From contig CM120645.1 of the NCBI GenBank assembly GCA_051362555.1, positions 5,022,001 through 5,086,000 of the forward strand: 64,000 nt of DNA, in the 5' to 3' direction. Every line of letters starts with the position of its first letter. The stretch's first letter is position 1. The DNA is from Lingula anatina (taxonomy: Eukaryota > Animalia > Brachiopoda). A program made the position numbers and the translations under genes. Below the pieces are notes generated by a model. The model did no database searches. It worked only from the letters and a program-made list of their open reading frames with translations, and was not told the origin of the DNA. Shown here in pieces: positions 1 to 13,184 of the stretch.

Positions 1-96
1 ATAAATATATTGGGCATATGTTTGCAGTGATAAAATGTTTAATGCTAAAGCAATGTTTATGTAAACATGAGAAGTTTATAACAAAGACACGTTTAT

Positions 97-2924
97 TCAG
101 TAGTTCTTCTTCAGCCTCTCATTTTCCTCTCGCAGTCGGTGGATCTCTGCCACAAGTTCTTCGTTGACTGAAAATTCCTGAAGCATAGACCTGACTTCAT
201 GCTGAAACATACAAAATATTATTAAGAATAATTACAGTTTTTCACTGATGTCTTTTTGTTCTTGGAAAAAAGATCTTTCAAGCACATGCACAGGAGGCTT
301 CAAGAAGCTCAGACATTTTGGAACCTGAAACTTTTTTGATTAAGGCTTAGCTCATATCAATATCAGCAAAAACTAAAGAAAAATTTTGATCCATTAGATT
401 TCTGATAAAGTAAGAAGTTTAGCAGTCTACTTGTGTCTAAAAATGCAATTAAGGTAACAAATGTGTTTTGTTTTAAGGCAGTTTGAAAAAGGCTAATTAC
501 TTCCCCAGTAACAATTATCAAAAAATAATAAATAAAAAAATGAAGTTCACTCACCAGCTGAATTTGAAATTGTTTTATCATCTCCATCTGTAGATGAATG
601 TGTTCCCTGTGCATCTGATCTCTGAACTCTTCCATGGCTTCCTCCACAACATTCCTGATAAACTCTGTGTGAAATGGTTGAATACCCAGGGGCACACCCT
701 GGGGCGTGGTGGGTGTGGTCCCTGAAGCCGCTGCCCCAGCTCCAATGCCCCCAGAGAGTGGGACAACTGCATTACTGCTAGAGTTTGTAGTAGAGTAAGC
801 AGTCTGTTGTTGGTGCTGCTCTTGATGTGGTTTCCAATCAGATCCGTCCATCCAATCTCCTGAGCCACGACTGCTTGTTATGTGTGATGAAAGCCGAGAC
901 ACCACTCCGTCTCTCGAGTCCACTTTTTGACCACTGGTCATTCTCTGTCTCTGACTGCTCTCAGCTACTGTCCAGCTGTCTGCATGCCTTTCCCCCATCC
1001 GTGATTCAGTCTCTCTGGAGGACAGGTCTTTTGGTCTTGTTGTGACCTTGTCTGACCTATAGAGGTCATCACTTACAGCAGCCTGGGTTCTGGGTGTTCT
1101 TGGGGTTCGTGGACTTCTTGTGCTGCCCTCTGAAATACCTGTTAGTATGTTGATATATCAGTCTGATTAATATTATTACTATTATGTTTACAATCACTGT
1201 GTAACCACTAATGCATTATTTAAAAAAAACTTAATCTCTAAAACAGCACAACAAGATGCATCTACTAGTAGAATTCTTAACAATTCTCTCACCTTGCGGT
1301 ACATATAACTATAATTGGGTAATGAAACCTTATCTTTAATGAAAATGACGTGATGATATCTAGGTCTCTTAATAGAGTACTCTTACCTTGTGGTAAAGGT
1401 AATCTGACACCAGGTGTGCCATTCATGTACTGGTATGACTTGCTCTCTACATCTTCATCTGTAATTCCAGCTCCAGTATCTGCATGGACCTGTGAATAAT
1501 GAGATCAGAAAAACTGATTGCTTTGAAGCTTAGTATAATACAGGATTACTGGCTCTACTTCATTCTGAACAGTTTTTTCCCTAGTAGGAACGTTACTTGT
1601 TGTTCACAATTACAATCAGTTTAGTATGACTATGTGCAGTCCATATAGAGTATAGTATTACCTGAGTATAGTATTACCTCTTGTTACTAAATTAACTATG
1701 TCCAATTTCTATTTGAATCATGGTTTCAACACGGTTTTATAATCAGATATGATGTAATTTACGACGGTTAGTGGGTTTTTACTTTACTCCAAAATGCTAA
1801 AAAAGTCCTGCTTTATTCTAATAAACAATATTGGAGAATATGCACTCTTTCATCATTGGTGGTCTATTTCCTATAAAACTACCTCTGAACTCTTTGCATG
1901 CAGGCCATCTTCAAAAGAAACTCCTGTTGTGATTGGAAGGTTTCCTAACAATGAAGAGTCATTGAGGCTACCAGCACCAATAGGATTTCTTCTTAGTGAG
2001 GTGTTGGATGTATTAGCAGACAAAGGTGAAAACACACCTCCTACAAGACAAAAATAAAATATATCTTTCTGAAGTACAATCCAAATTTCACCCCTTTTAT
2101 ATTCCTTAGACAAGTTAACCTGTATTATTCTTTAAGTTTTGGTGACAGAGATTGTTTGGCCCCATTTTTCCTCACAAACGGCTATTACTGGACATTACAA
2201 CAAGTGCAAAGGTGAAAATGCCGACTGAAGGATCACACCAAGTGCCACATATCATGCAGCAGCTCATGTGCAGCAGCATGTAGCAACAGACCCAGGCATG
2301 GAGTAACTTGTATCTGTCATTCCTAACCATTTCTGTACCTTTTGATCTTGAAATCTGTCAAAGTATAACAGGCTGAAATGCCAAACTAGGTCAAAGGTCA
2401 ATTAAAATGCAGTAAAAACCTGCAGTAAAGCTGTCCTGCTGCCTGCTCCCCACGCCAGCGGCCATCCCAACAATGTCTGGTCTGTTCTCTGAAGGGACAT
2501 TCTCAAAGGTCCTGCTGTTAGTGACCAGCTCTGATCCATCTCCTGAACCACCTAGGGAGGTTTTGATATGAAAAAAAGGTGAACAGCGTCTGTTTATACA
2601 TGAAAAAAAAGAAAAAAGAAAAAAAAAAGAGTGCATTCTAAAATTACACATCAAGCACCTGGGTAACTCTGACAGTTTCTTGTTTCTGGCATTCTTGACA
2701 CTTTTTTCACACAAATTTACAACTGGCTTTGTCTTGCCATTGCTTGTGCTAGAGTTCTACACTTATTATTCCAAAAGTTAATCATCATTATTCCAGATCA
2801 GTAGTCTTTTGTGCTTCTTTAAACTGTTAGAGCTGATCAGTTGATGAATTCTGATACATACATCAACAAAAGAATGGAGCAGCCATATGTTGTCATCCAA
2901 CACACACAAGCATGCATGCATGCA

Positions 2925-2957
<33 letters not shown>

Positions 2958-5900
2958 CCCCAGTTTTACCTTCTCTAAGAGGAGAGAACATATCCTGCTC
3001 TGTCGAGTCCTGTAGATGCTCCTCTCTGATCTTAGTAAGGTTGGTCTTGTCAGTCAAGCTTGCTGTAATTGAATAGGAGTGCCAACATCAATACAGAATC
3101 CCTTATTGTACTAAAACCAGTTTTATCAAATATAGAAATGATATCAAAAAGAAAAAAATCATTATTATAAGGAGTTAAGATTTAACCAGCTGTTTTATTC
3201 AACAATAAATGAAATTAATAAGTCCGCCATAACAATGGCATTGTTTGCACTGTTCACAAAATTTTATCTAATGTCAAAATATTCAAAGTGGCTGAAAGTT
3301 GTATTATTTGTGTTCCTTAAACATTAAATTACAATCTTGGCAGAAACTGTTACAGTAATGGAGAGGAGAGAGGAAAAGATTTCAAGATGATTCACTTTCC
3401 AATTGTCACTAACACCCTCAACACGAGAGAGAATATATTTAATAGTAAATACCTGTCATTACATTGCTTACGAAAAATCTATCGTTTTCAGGGGTAAGGT
3501 TGATGAATACTGTACCTCTTTGTGCAGGTGTTTCTGGCTCCATCTTGTGATTGGACTTAGCAGCACCAGCTGCTTTCACAATAGAGGAAGCTGCGGTCTT
3601 TGGTGGTTGAACTGTCCTGGGAGTGGCAGACGTAGCTCTCTTACTTCCGCTATCCTTTGAAACAGATGACTCCAATTCATATTATGGTTGAGGGTCATAA
3701 CATTACCCATGAGCAAATCAATAAAAAAAAACTCTTAAAATGTCTATCAATAAATATTTAAATCTCTAAATATTTTGATAGGAATATCTGGTAGTTAATT
3801 TTTTTTTTAGCCAAATTGCTCCATAATTTTAGGCAACTCAAATACTGAGCAAAATCATGGATGAAATCGGCAAAAAATTAAACAAACAGAAAAATAAGTG
3901 TAAGTATTCCACATAATCCTAAGCTCACAAAAATTTGCTTAGAGATTAGCCAAACATAATAATGGAGTGGACACAGACTGTGTTTTTCTCTATACCACTT
4001 ATCTCTCACCTTGGAGGGTTTATAATTAGACTGGAAGGTCAGACACTGCACTGAAGACTTGTGAGCATTCAGCGACCTCACTGGAGTCATTCCTTGGCGG
4101 AGATCATAAATGTGAACCATGCCACGCGTGGTGCCAACTGCAACAGTCACGCCGTCATGTAGCATGTCAACGGATGTCAGGGGACTGTCAGCTGTAACCG
4201 ATTTAACAGCCCTGAAATTGAAGAAATACATCTTTTTTTATTTTGGATGGAATCTGTTTAGTAGTAGGTCCAATGAAAGAGCTACACAAGATCAAGTATG
4301 CTTTATTTACCATTATATAATAAATAAATAAATGCGTTATGGGATTGTTTTCTTGACTTAACTTATCAAAATTTTGTCGAAAGCATTCTATTCAAATAAT
4401 TTAAATCAGTCGAGACAGCATGGCTGGTGAATGTAAAGACATTCAGAATATAACGTGTTAATGTTAAAAAGCTTTAAAAAGCTAATTATTTTAAAATTTG
4501 CATACTTTTTTAGTTTAAGATATCCCACAAAACATACAAATGCTTACATTATTTAAAACAAACATTTAAAATGATTAACAAAACATCTGCCTGTCTTTCT
4601 CTTGAATCTGGAACTTACGTTTTACCATGGACATCATAACATACAATTCTTTTGTCTAGTCCCACACTCATTAGCAGCATTTCATTGAGCGGAGAAAACA
4701 CAAGTCCTGTCGCAGGAGCACGGTGCATGTCATTAAATGAATGTAGCAGGCGCCGTGTGTTTACGTCCCAAAGATTCAAGGCCCCGTCATCAGATACAGA
4801 GCCAAGCAATGACTTCTTAAAATTGCTGTATTGGAGTTTACGTATTGCCTAAAAGTACATTTAAAGGTACATACGAACCGAGCATCGGTGGAGCGTGGAT
4901 TCCCAGTAACACATGTAAACCACTTCTACTAGATTCTTATATGACTAAAATAAATTCGACATGCCAAGGGATAAACTGAATAGATCACTCGTTCAGCCAT
5001 AAAAGACCTTTAGACTGCTCCTTTCTTTAAATTTATGGTTGTAAATTTAACCTACATTCGTGACCTACTTTCCTGCCCCATTGACATACAGCTTAGAATG
5101 CCAGCAGAAAAATCCGTTCAAACATCATTTTCGGGTAAAATTATACAATGCCTTTTGGTAATTCTCTTAGTTATACTACTTGAAACTATATGCTGGCACT
5201 TGGTTGGTTTTTGTGACAAAAAATTGACTTTGTATGCATCTTTAAACATTGTTATATTGTAAAACCACCACTTTCATAATGAGAAAATAGTACTTCAAGT
5301 GCAATGAACCTATTTTCTTTCCAATCCTACAAAAATTAATGCCAACATACAGTTACACCTATAACAGAGGTACACAAATATCTCAGCTTTCCATCACATA
5401 TAGTAGGTTTGTGCTATCAGACAAGTGGCAAAAATAATCACCTTACAAAAAATAACATTAAAATGTATAACCCTTGATTCTGCTGTGGGGACTTCAGAGA
5501 CAATCAACATACTGATAAATAATAAAATAAAGTAATTTCATATTGAGCCTAGCAGTTCCTTCTAACAAGTACCTGTGTCTTAGGAGTGACCAGTGGACTG
5601 GAAGCTTGACCAGTGACTGCATTATGCAGGACAATCTGCCCAGACTCTGACCCTGAGGCCATGTAGGTGTCATTCCAGTTGAAGGACAAGCAGGAGACTG
5701 GAGATTTGTGATCCTAAATCAAAAAAGAAAAAAAAAATCATGAACTGTGTTGTGGGCTCAAAGTTACAATTATATTTTTTTTTTATTGTGATAGGACTTA
5801 ATTTGTTCACACAAGACAAGATTTTTCAAGCTACAGACATTAAATTAAATGAAGTTGTTATATCTTGATGGAAATAAAAGGATAATTATAAACGTTATAA

Positions 5901-6348
5901 CATTTTGATGTCTCTTTAGAAATTACACAAAACCTCACTAATTTCATTTTGCAGATGCTAAATAAGCCAGTGAAAAAATGACCTCTGAATTGTAGGAGTA
6001 CCTTAGGAGGTAATGAAATACAACTATTAAATACTGACAAATTCAAGTTTAACTTCTCAATCTACAGTTGTGTGCGTAGGTCATACCTTGTAGACTTTCT
6101 TGAGTTTCTGGGTTTTGAGATCCCACAGTTGTAAGGAGCCGTCCTTCCTGCCTCCTAGCACATACCTGGACTGGGAGCTGAACACTGTGCAGCTGGTATC
6201 CTCCTGAATTTGAAGAAAGACAGGCGTACTAAATTTTTTATGGCAGAGTAAGAAAATATCCGTAGGTCCCCAAAGAATAATATGCTGCGTCCCATAGTTA
6301 GGAAACATGATATAATTTCTCTCTCTCTGTCTTTCTCTCTGTGCACTC

Positions 6349-6444
<96 letters not shown>

Positions 6445-7148
6445 CCACATGTGCATGTGTGTGTGTGTGTGCGCGCGCATGTGCGTACTCACCCCAAGTG
6501 TAACTTCCACTGCATTACTTGCAGCAGTTTTCATATATGTCAGCACAATCCTATCTCCACCAGAGCATGTACTGGCAAGGAAAAAATCTGGACACTTGGT
6601 TAAGGATTTAATGCTCACAGCTGTTATCACACTTTATAATAATATTAATATTAATAATTGGTAGTAGTAGTCTTAGTAGTAGTAGCAGTAGGAATAGTAG
6701 ATGTATTACAAACTGTAATTATAAACTAACAAACTGAAATCTTTAATCACTCTTTGGGTGAAAAATATCGATAGGAAAACGTAACAATGAAAATAACACC
6801 TTTAACATGTGACTATACTTAAGGATAGGTTGTCAGCACTTTTTCACATTACATCAAAACCTAAAATTCTAAACATCCCATTTAATACTAGTACCATCAT
6901 TTAGCAGACAATGTTTGATCAATAATGATTTACCCAACCACTAAAATGATGCCTGTTAAGCAGTCTATCCATGTAAAAAAAAACATCTATATATATATAT
7001 ATATATTAATAGTAAGGATACTATCATGACTCCAGCACAAGGACCCAATATTCCCTGGATGTGGGTTGTACTGTTTGACCAGCGTGTATCCATTGCAGTC
7101 CCATATTTTAATATCATCACCAGCCGAGGCTAGTTTTAAGTCGCCCAT
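97..7148 (-). CDS. NEDD1: NEDD1 / GCP-WD, gamma-tubulin ring complex targeting WD40 protein (complete, ~13 coding exons)
   Basis: The first exon reads MGDLKLASAGDDIKIWD...WSHD (7022-7148). WD40 exons follow at ~6494-6587, 6088-6204, 5572-5713, 4618-4848 (LGSVSDDGALNLWD...FSPLNEMLLMSVGLDKRIVCYD) and 4010-4212. Ser/Pro-rich middle exons come next. The C-terminal helix FIRNVVEEAMEEFRDQMHREHIHLQMEMIKQFQIQL + HEVRSMLQEFSVNEELVAEIHRLREENERLKKNY* (TGA 99-97) matches the NEDD1 C-terminus. Some internal exon edges are approximate. Confidence 0.93.
6351..6472. repeat. (GT)n microsatellite in a NEDD1 intron
   Basis: A long perfect GT run is followed by an imperfect GT/GC tail. It explains the spurious CVCV/HTHT ORFs. 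Confidence 0.97.
6588..7021 (-). other. U12-type (minor spliceosome) GT-AG intron in NEDD1
   Basis: The 5' splice site is GTATCCTTAC (7021-7012). The branch point TCCTTAAC (6606-6599) lies ~12 nt before CAG, with no polypyrimidine tract. Splicing gives in-frame WSHD-N-FFLAST. Confidence 0.9.
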
Positions 7149-7881
7149 GTTGGATTGAAGCCAAGTGGACAACCTGTAAGCATTAAAAATAGTATGATGA
7201 CTGTAAACTGTGTTTGATTGAAAGAATGTGCTACACAGGTATGCCAGATTTATAAAGCTTAAATAGTAAAATTTGTAGTGACTGGCCTGGGTAGATCCAG
7301 GTTCAATAGCTCATTGGTAAAGCACTTGCTCTGTTCACAAGCATCCCAGGTCCCTTGTTGAGTTAAGCAATTCCCCCCAAAACACTACAAAGTACAATGC
7401 AAATAGCAGTTTTAAAAATTTTACTATCGGACAACTTTATAACATTAAATCATGATTGGTTTAAAGTTGTAAAGTTTGAGCATTACAAGTGGAAAGCAGT
7501 CATAAATGACCAAGGGCTGTCTTTGATTAAAGATATAATTAACTTCTAGCATTCATTTTTGAAAGCATTTCATTTTTAATATAATCATATGATAAAATAA
7601 TGTAGTAGTCAGACTGCCAATCCTGCCGTCTAGAGAAACAAATAAAATGTTGCACAGTTACCATTTATGCAAAACTGAGTAAATATGCTGGGGATTGAAT
7701 CAAGTGATAACAATGAGAGATCTCTAAAAGGTAAGAGATACCAGTCTGCAAATTTTGTCAACAATCCCAATCGAACACTTAAGACAGTTTCCACATAATA
7801 ATAATTGCATGACTGAAAAACAGAAACTGATTATGGGTCAGTTAGGTGCTTCTTAAATTTGGAAGTAATGAAAATAGTTAC

Positions 7882-8110
7882 CTTGTACTATGTAGCGTTT
7901 GTCCTTGCCATTGCACGGTGTGTATATCAATTTACAATTCAACAAAAATTCGATAAATTTTTGCTTTTGCTCTCTGTTGCCTCACAAGAGAACCGCTTCA
8001 TTGGAAACGAGGCTGAACTCGGACATCATTTTCCCATGATTCCAACTGTTTCCGCTTGGCGGAAATAAACAACATGGCCGAAACGGTGGCGCGCGGAAGG
8101 TGAGATGCTG
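7882..8110. promoter_or_regulatory. Probable bidirectional promoter for NEDD1 (-) and MBD4/MeCP2 (+), including a non-coding NEDD1 first exon
   Basis: A minus-strand donor CAAG|GTAAC sits at ~7881 and an acceptor just upstream of the NEDD1 ATG (~7175). A local CpG-rich patch at 8050-8100 has ETS-like CGGAA motifs, a YY1-like AACATGGCCG and an E2F-like GGCGCGCGG. Confidence 0.55.
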
Positions 8111-9217
8111 TAATGAAATAATAATTATGAAAGAAACAAACATCCATGTAATGTGATTGTGTGGTAGAAAGTACATATTTACTCAAGGAAGACATTGAGT
8201 TCTTTTGGGATATTGATTCCGAGCCTGATTGTTTCTGCAGCCGACTTTCTCTTGCAGTCAGGTTGCACCAACTGCTTCTGAGGACAGTCAGTGAGCTCAA
8301 GTCGATGTTCTCGATGAGTGATACCTGACATAAGGCACGCATTTTTTCCCACTAAATCACTCCTGTAAAAGTCTCTATAGATTCACGAGTGTATGAAATA
8401 AAAAGGACCACACAAGATGGAAACAATCTCAAATTCTTAAACTGAAAGTTTCCTCACACTTCTCCCCTTTTCGGCTTTTGCCCGTAATAAAGTTGCATGC
8501 TAGGTAGGTGAGGCCTCATTCAGTCCACTCAGACTCTTTAGGCTATAAATACCTCCGTCCAGGGAAAACAATGTGTCCTCCATCACACCTTGTGGTATAA
8601 TATTTGCAATTTAGTTCCTTTCATATCGGTTTATTCACGCTCCAGTTTGTTCAAGTTGTAGTGTTTTTATTTCATCTGTGCATCAACTACTACTACATAC
8701 GCATGCCATTCAAAAGTGATGCTATACCTGAACTCAAGTTTTAGTGACATGGGGTGAAATAAGACCAAACCTGCTTGCATGTAAGGCCAAAAAAGTGTTG
8801 AAAACCAAGGGGTCTAAATGCTCAGAGAGCAGTTTGCAAAAATTTGTCAGCAATTTTTTTCAAGACACCAAGGCAAACAGTTTAAGATTATTTTTCATGT
8901 GGGCTAAAGTTAAAGGACACTCCTTCAGTTTAAACTGTACTTGCACATGGCAGTAAATATGAAGACCAAGGAATGATAATTTTGACTAGATGAAGTGATA
9001 TAATACTAATGATGTGTTGTTGCTACAGTTAATTGACAACAGTCTTCAAAAAATATTCCATGCAGCAGCACTGATTTTCCATTTACAAATATTTTTTGTA
9101 ATAAAAAATAAAAAGAACATCCAAATTTTTCTTGATATGCCATTCTATGCTTATTAATTACTTAATGAATGTAAATATATTGTTTTCGTTATTTTTTTCA
9201 ATTTCAGTGTGGAAATC

Positions 9218-12200
9218 ATGCAGGAGCAAAATAATACAGATACTCAGACAACATTGGATAGCCCCAAGTTGAGCAGTTCCACTGGAGGCAGCATGCTAGG
9301 GACACCAGTAAGGTAAACAGCTCATCACTTCTAAACTTGGAAATGCTGGCGCAGTTACCCTGTCATTCACACCTGATATAAGGGTTTTGGAAGGCCAATT
9401 AATTTTTGAGAAATTCTTAGCATATGTCCAAATTTGGAAGGCCCTGAGGGGAGTGAGGTGGGTGTTTTCTACGGTTTATACATTTGGCTATACACAGTCT
9501 TGACATATTTTATCTCACACAATCCACCCCTAATTTCCCCTTCATAAATTTATATATTTATATATTTATAACTTATCAAATATTTTTGTATTTATTCATA
9601 TTATATATTTATTTATTGTGATTTATCTATTTATTTATATTATATGGTGTGTGCTTGTATATGTATAATATATATAAAACCTGGTTGTTTGCAGACTTGA
9701 CCACACATACGATGGACTACCTATGGAAAATGATGACACCCTGCCCCCTGGTTGGAAACGACTTGTTACGCAACGCACCATGGGAAAGTCAGCAGGGAAG
9801 TTTGATGTATACATCTACAGGTCCGTGTAAAGTTCAATATAAATTATTGATTGATAATTGTCATTGTTGAAAATGATAGTTTCATTTTGAAGTTTGATAT
9901 AAAATATTTATTGATTGATGATTGATATAATTGTAAAAGTACATGGTTTAATTGCATCAACTGAAACATTTAGGCATTTGATATTGATATGATCATGTAG
10001 AGGGGATTGCATATTAGAGGATAATACATTCTTATAACACTTCTGACATATTGATAAAAATATTGACCTGAGTTCTTTGTCTCATTTCAGCCCAGAAGGC
10101 AGAAAATTTAGATCAAAGACAGAGCTCCAGGCTTATTTGGATAGAAATAAGATTGATTTAGACAGCAACGAATTTGACTTTACAGTTAGGGGAAAGCATA
10201 ATACTCCACAGAAAGTAACAGGGTCTAAAGATAAAAAGGCCCCAAAATCACCATCTGTCAAGAAAGTGAAAACGAAATTGGTCAAAAGACTAGAAATGAA
10301 ACCAAAAAAGGAAAGTAAAATAAACATTCCCAAAAAGGCTTGCAATAAGCAGAAGCCAGTATATCAAAAACTTGTTGTTAAGATGAACTTTAGGCTGCCA
10401 AAACAAAGAAGGGAAGAGAAAGAAAGTGAAAATGGGGATCAAGACCAAAGAATCAAATCAAATGACTCAGCAACCAAAGCTGCCAAAAATATCAAGGAAA
10501 AAACACCGAAGATAGCAAAACTGAAGAAAGCTCCCAAACAAGGAACACAATCTCAACAAAAAGACAAAGTCATTAAGAAAACTGCTGTTAAAGGAAAGTC
10601 AAAAGTAAAGGAGAACAAAAAGAAGCAAACAAAAGACAAACCAGTTAGCAAACAGAAAAAGATGAATGAAAAGGACAAAAAGGACAAAAATCCCAAAAGC
10701 AAATCAGAAAGTAAATCAAAAAAGAAAAAAGACTTGGAGAAAACACCAAAGGAGAAAAAGAAACGGGAAACAAAGAAAAAAGAAAAGGTCAGAAAATTGA
10801 AAACCAAGAATAAATTGCCACACAGATCAGTCTCACCTGCTGTACTGGACCATAGTTATAGTGCTCCACCTCCAAAACTCAACAGATCACTTTCACAGCC
10901 AGCAAACCCAACACAGAAATCTGAACACTCCAGGAAACGTAAATTATCAGAAAGATCAGGAGAAACTTTCAAAATACCTAAATTAAGCCCAGAGGTACTA
11001 ATGAGTGGCTCACCAAATAGGAAAACTCCAGTTGTAATCAGCCTCCCTGTATCTCCATTGAGCATGAATATAAAAGAGTGTGACATTTTCTCAAAAGAGG
11101 GCAGCAGTGCCAAACGAGTCACCTCCCGGCAAATAACACCAGATGGCTCCCTAATCATCTCCCTAAGCCCAAGACGAGCCAGTTCCAGTGAGTCCCCAAG
11201 AAGTCCAAACTCAAGTCAGAAGACTTTGAGCCTGTCACCAACTGGGAACACCAGAGAGACACTGTCACCTACTTCTCCTCGATCCATGCTGAAACCATTG
11301 ACAGTGTCACCAAGAAGTACCAAGGAGGCAGTGTCCTCAGTAAGAAATAAAGAGACATTGTCTCCAAACAATAAGACAGTTTCACCAGGTAGCCCAAGAC
11401 CTGTGCTGTCACACTTCACCAGTATAGGTCCTTTATCTGAGAAACCTCGTCTCAGTGGATCCGTGTCACCAAAAAGTCCACGTTCTATGTTGAATCAGTT
11501 TAGTGTCAAGCCACCGATTAATGTGTCACCACAGAATGCCAGGGTGACAGTGTCAAAGATAAGTCCAGTGTCCGTGCCATTAAAAAGGTTGTCTCCCGAA
11601 GAGGCAGTTAACATGGGAGTTAATCAGCAACTCAAGGGGAAGCCCCAAGGTGCGTTATGAATTGAAACTTATGGCAGTATTCGAGTTTTTATTGATCCTA
11701 TATTCTAGGTTCATGCTAGCATAATTTCTGCTTGTCTGTCTGTTGAAAATACTTTGCCAAATCAATTGTCAGTCTAAATCATATTCAGTTTTTTTCTTCA
11801 AACAAAATCATTTGCTTATGTCTTTTTAGTTAATGGTCAGAGGGAAAATAACATGCCAGGATAAGTCCTGCTTTAAGATATGTAATTCTCGGTATTCATC
11901 CTAGAATATGATTTTTAAGGAAATTGATTTGGACTGAATAATTTATCCTTGTGGCAAATGTAGTTGTCAGTTGAGGTACTGAATGTGTTAAATTGGTAAA
12001 CCTCTACAACAATGTAAGTGTAAAATATTGTATAGAAGGACCTTTAAACTTGCTGAATATATTACCAGCACTAAATATGACATACAGGAAAATTCATGTT
12101 TTATTCAAACTAATTTTAAAATATAAAAATAAATTAAAGCTGCACTGAATAATCTGCCCTATAATCTGTGCAAAAAGATTGCTTGATATAATTTGCAGTG

Positions 12201-13153
12201 AATCTTAGAGTTAAGCCACATTTCTACATTGTAGTAATAAAGTCAATATATGTATTAATTTTGTCTGTTAAAATATATTTTTCTCTAAGGGCCATGTCTG
12301 TTTTATATCATCTCTGATATTTATTAATTATATTATATTATTTATTCATTATACTTTTAAAGTTTCATTAAATGAACATTTTAGCTGATTATCATGGCTT
12401 ATGTTATATAATTTTGTTTTTGTGCACATGCATACCTATATGCACTTATTCATTTGAAACTAGAATGTTATGAGTTTCAGATAATTAACACTGCTGGTGG
12501 TGAAATTATTCATGGTTATTAAATAATTCTTGGGCAAAATAAAGACATGGTATGATATAGTTATGATATATACATGTACCTTTAAATTTTAAAGTACAGG
12601 TGTTTATTTAATGATAGATTTATGTATATTGAAGTATATTAGAGAAATTTCTGTGATTTGCATGTTAAGTTTTTCTTTGTTTATCAGTGGTAATGCCATA
12701 TTGAAATTTGGTGGTTTATTATAAATAAATCTGTACATTATGTCTGCTGTTACAGTATTTAATTATTTTTCTGAGAATTAAAATTTCATGTGCCACCCAT
12801 TACATTAACTCTGCCCTCATCCCAGAGGTCAATAATTGTATCCGATGTAAACTTAAGAGATTTTTTCAGATACTGGTCACAGTATTTTCTTCTTTTGGGC
12901 CAGTAGATTCTTAGGGACCATCCCTATACCCTGTGGTACTAGCAGGATCGATCTATCTCCATAGGGTTTCTCGCTAAATTGAATTTAGTTTAAGTGTTCA
13001 CTGAAGTTAATTACCCACCGAACAGCTCTGGTGGGCATGACAGACATTTAAGCTGCTTAAACTGAATGCAATTTAGCCAGAATCCCCTCCCAGTTAAATT
13101 GCTCCTGCCAGTGCGATAGGTTTATGGGAACCCGGTTTTATACCCTGGTGCCC

Positions 13154-13184
<31 letters not shown>

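Noticed and set aside
6282-6664. ORFs with CVCVCV / HTHTHT runs
   Set aside because: These are translations of a (GT)n microsatellite. Only the ~6494-6587 NEDD1 exon is real.
7280-7350. tRNA-like fragment (TAGCTCATTGGTAAAGCAC)
   Set aside because: No complete cloverleaf or B box. At most a decayed SINE head.
8178-8342. Coding-like minus-strand segment (ITHREHRLELT...) faintly resembling the hAT transposase HCxAHRLEL motif
   Set aside because: The match is too short, with no further transposase motifs. It more likely belongs to the MBD4 5' region.
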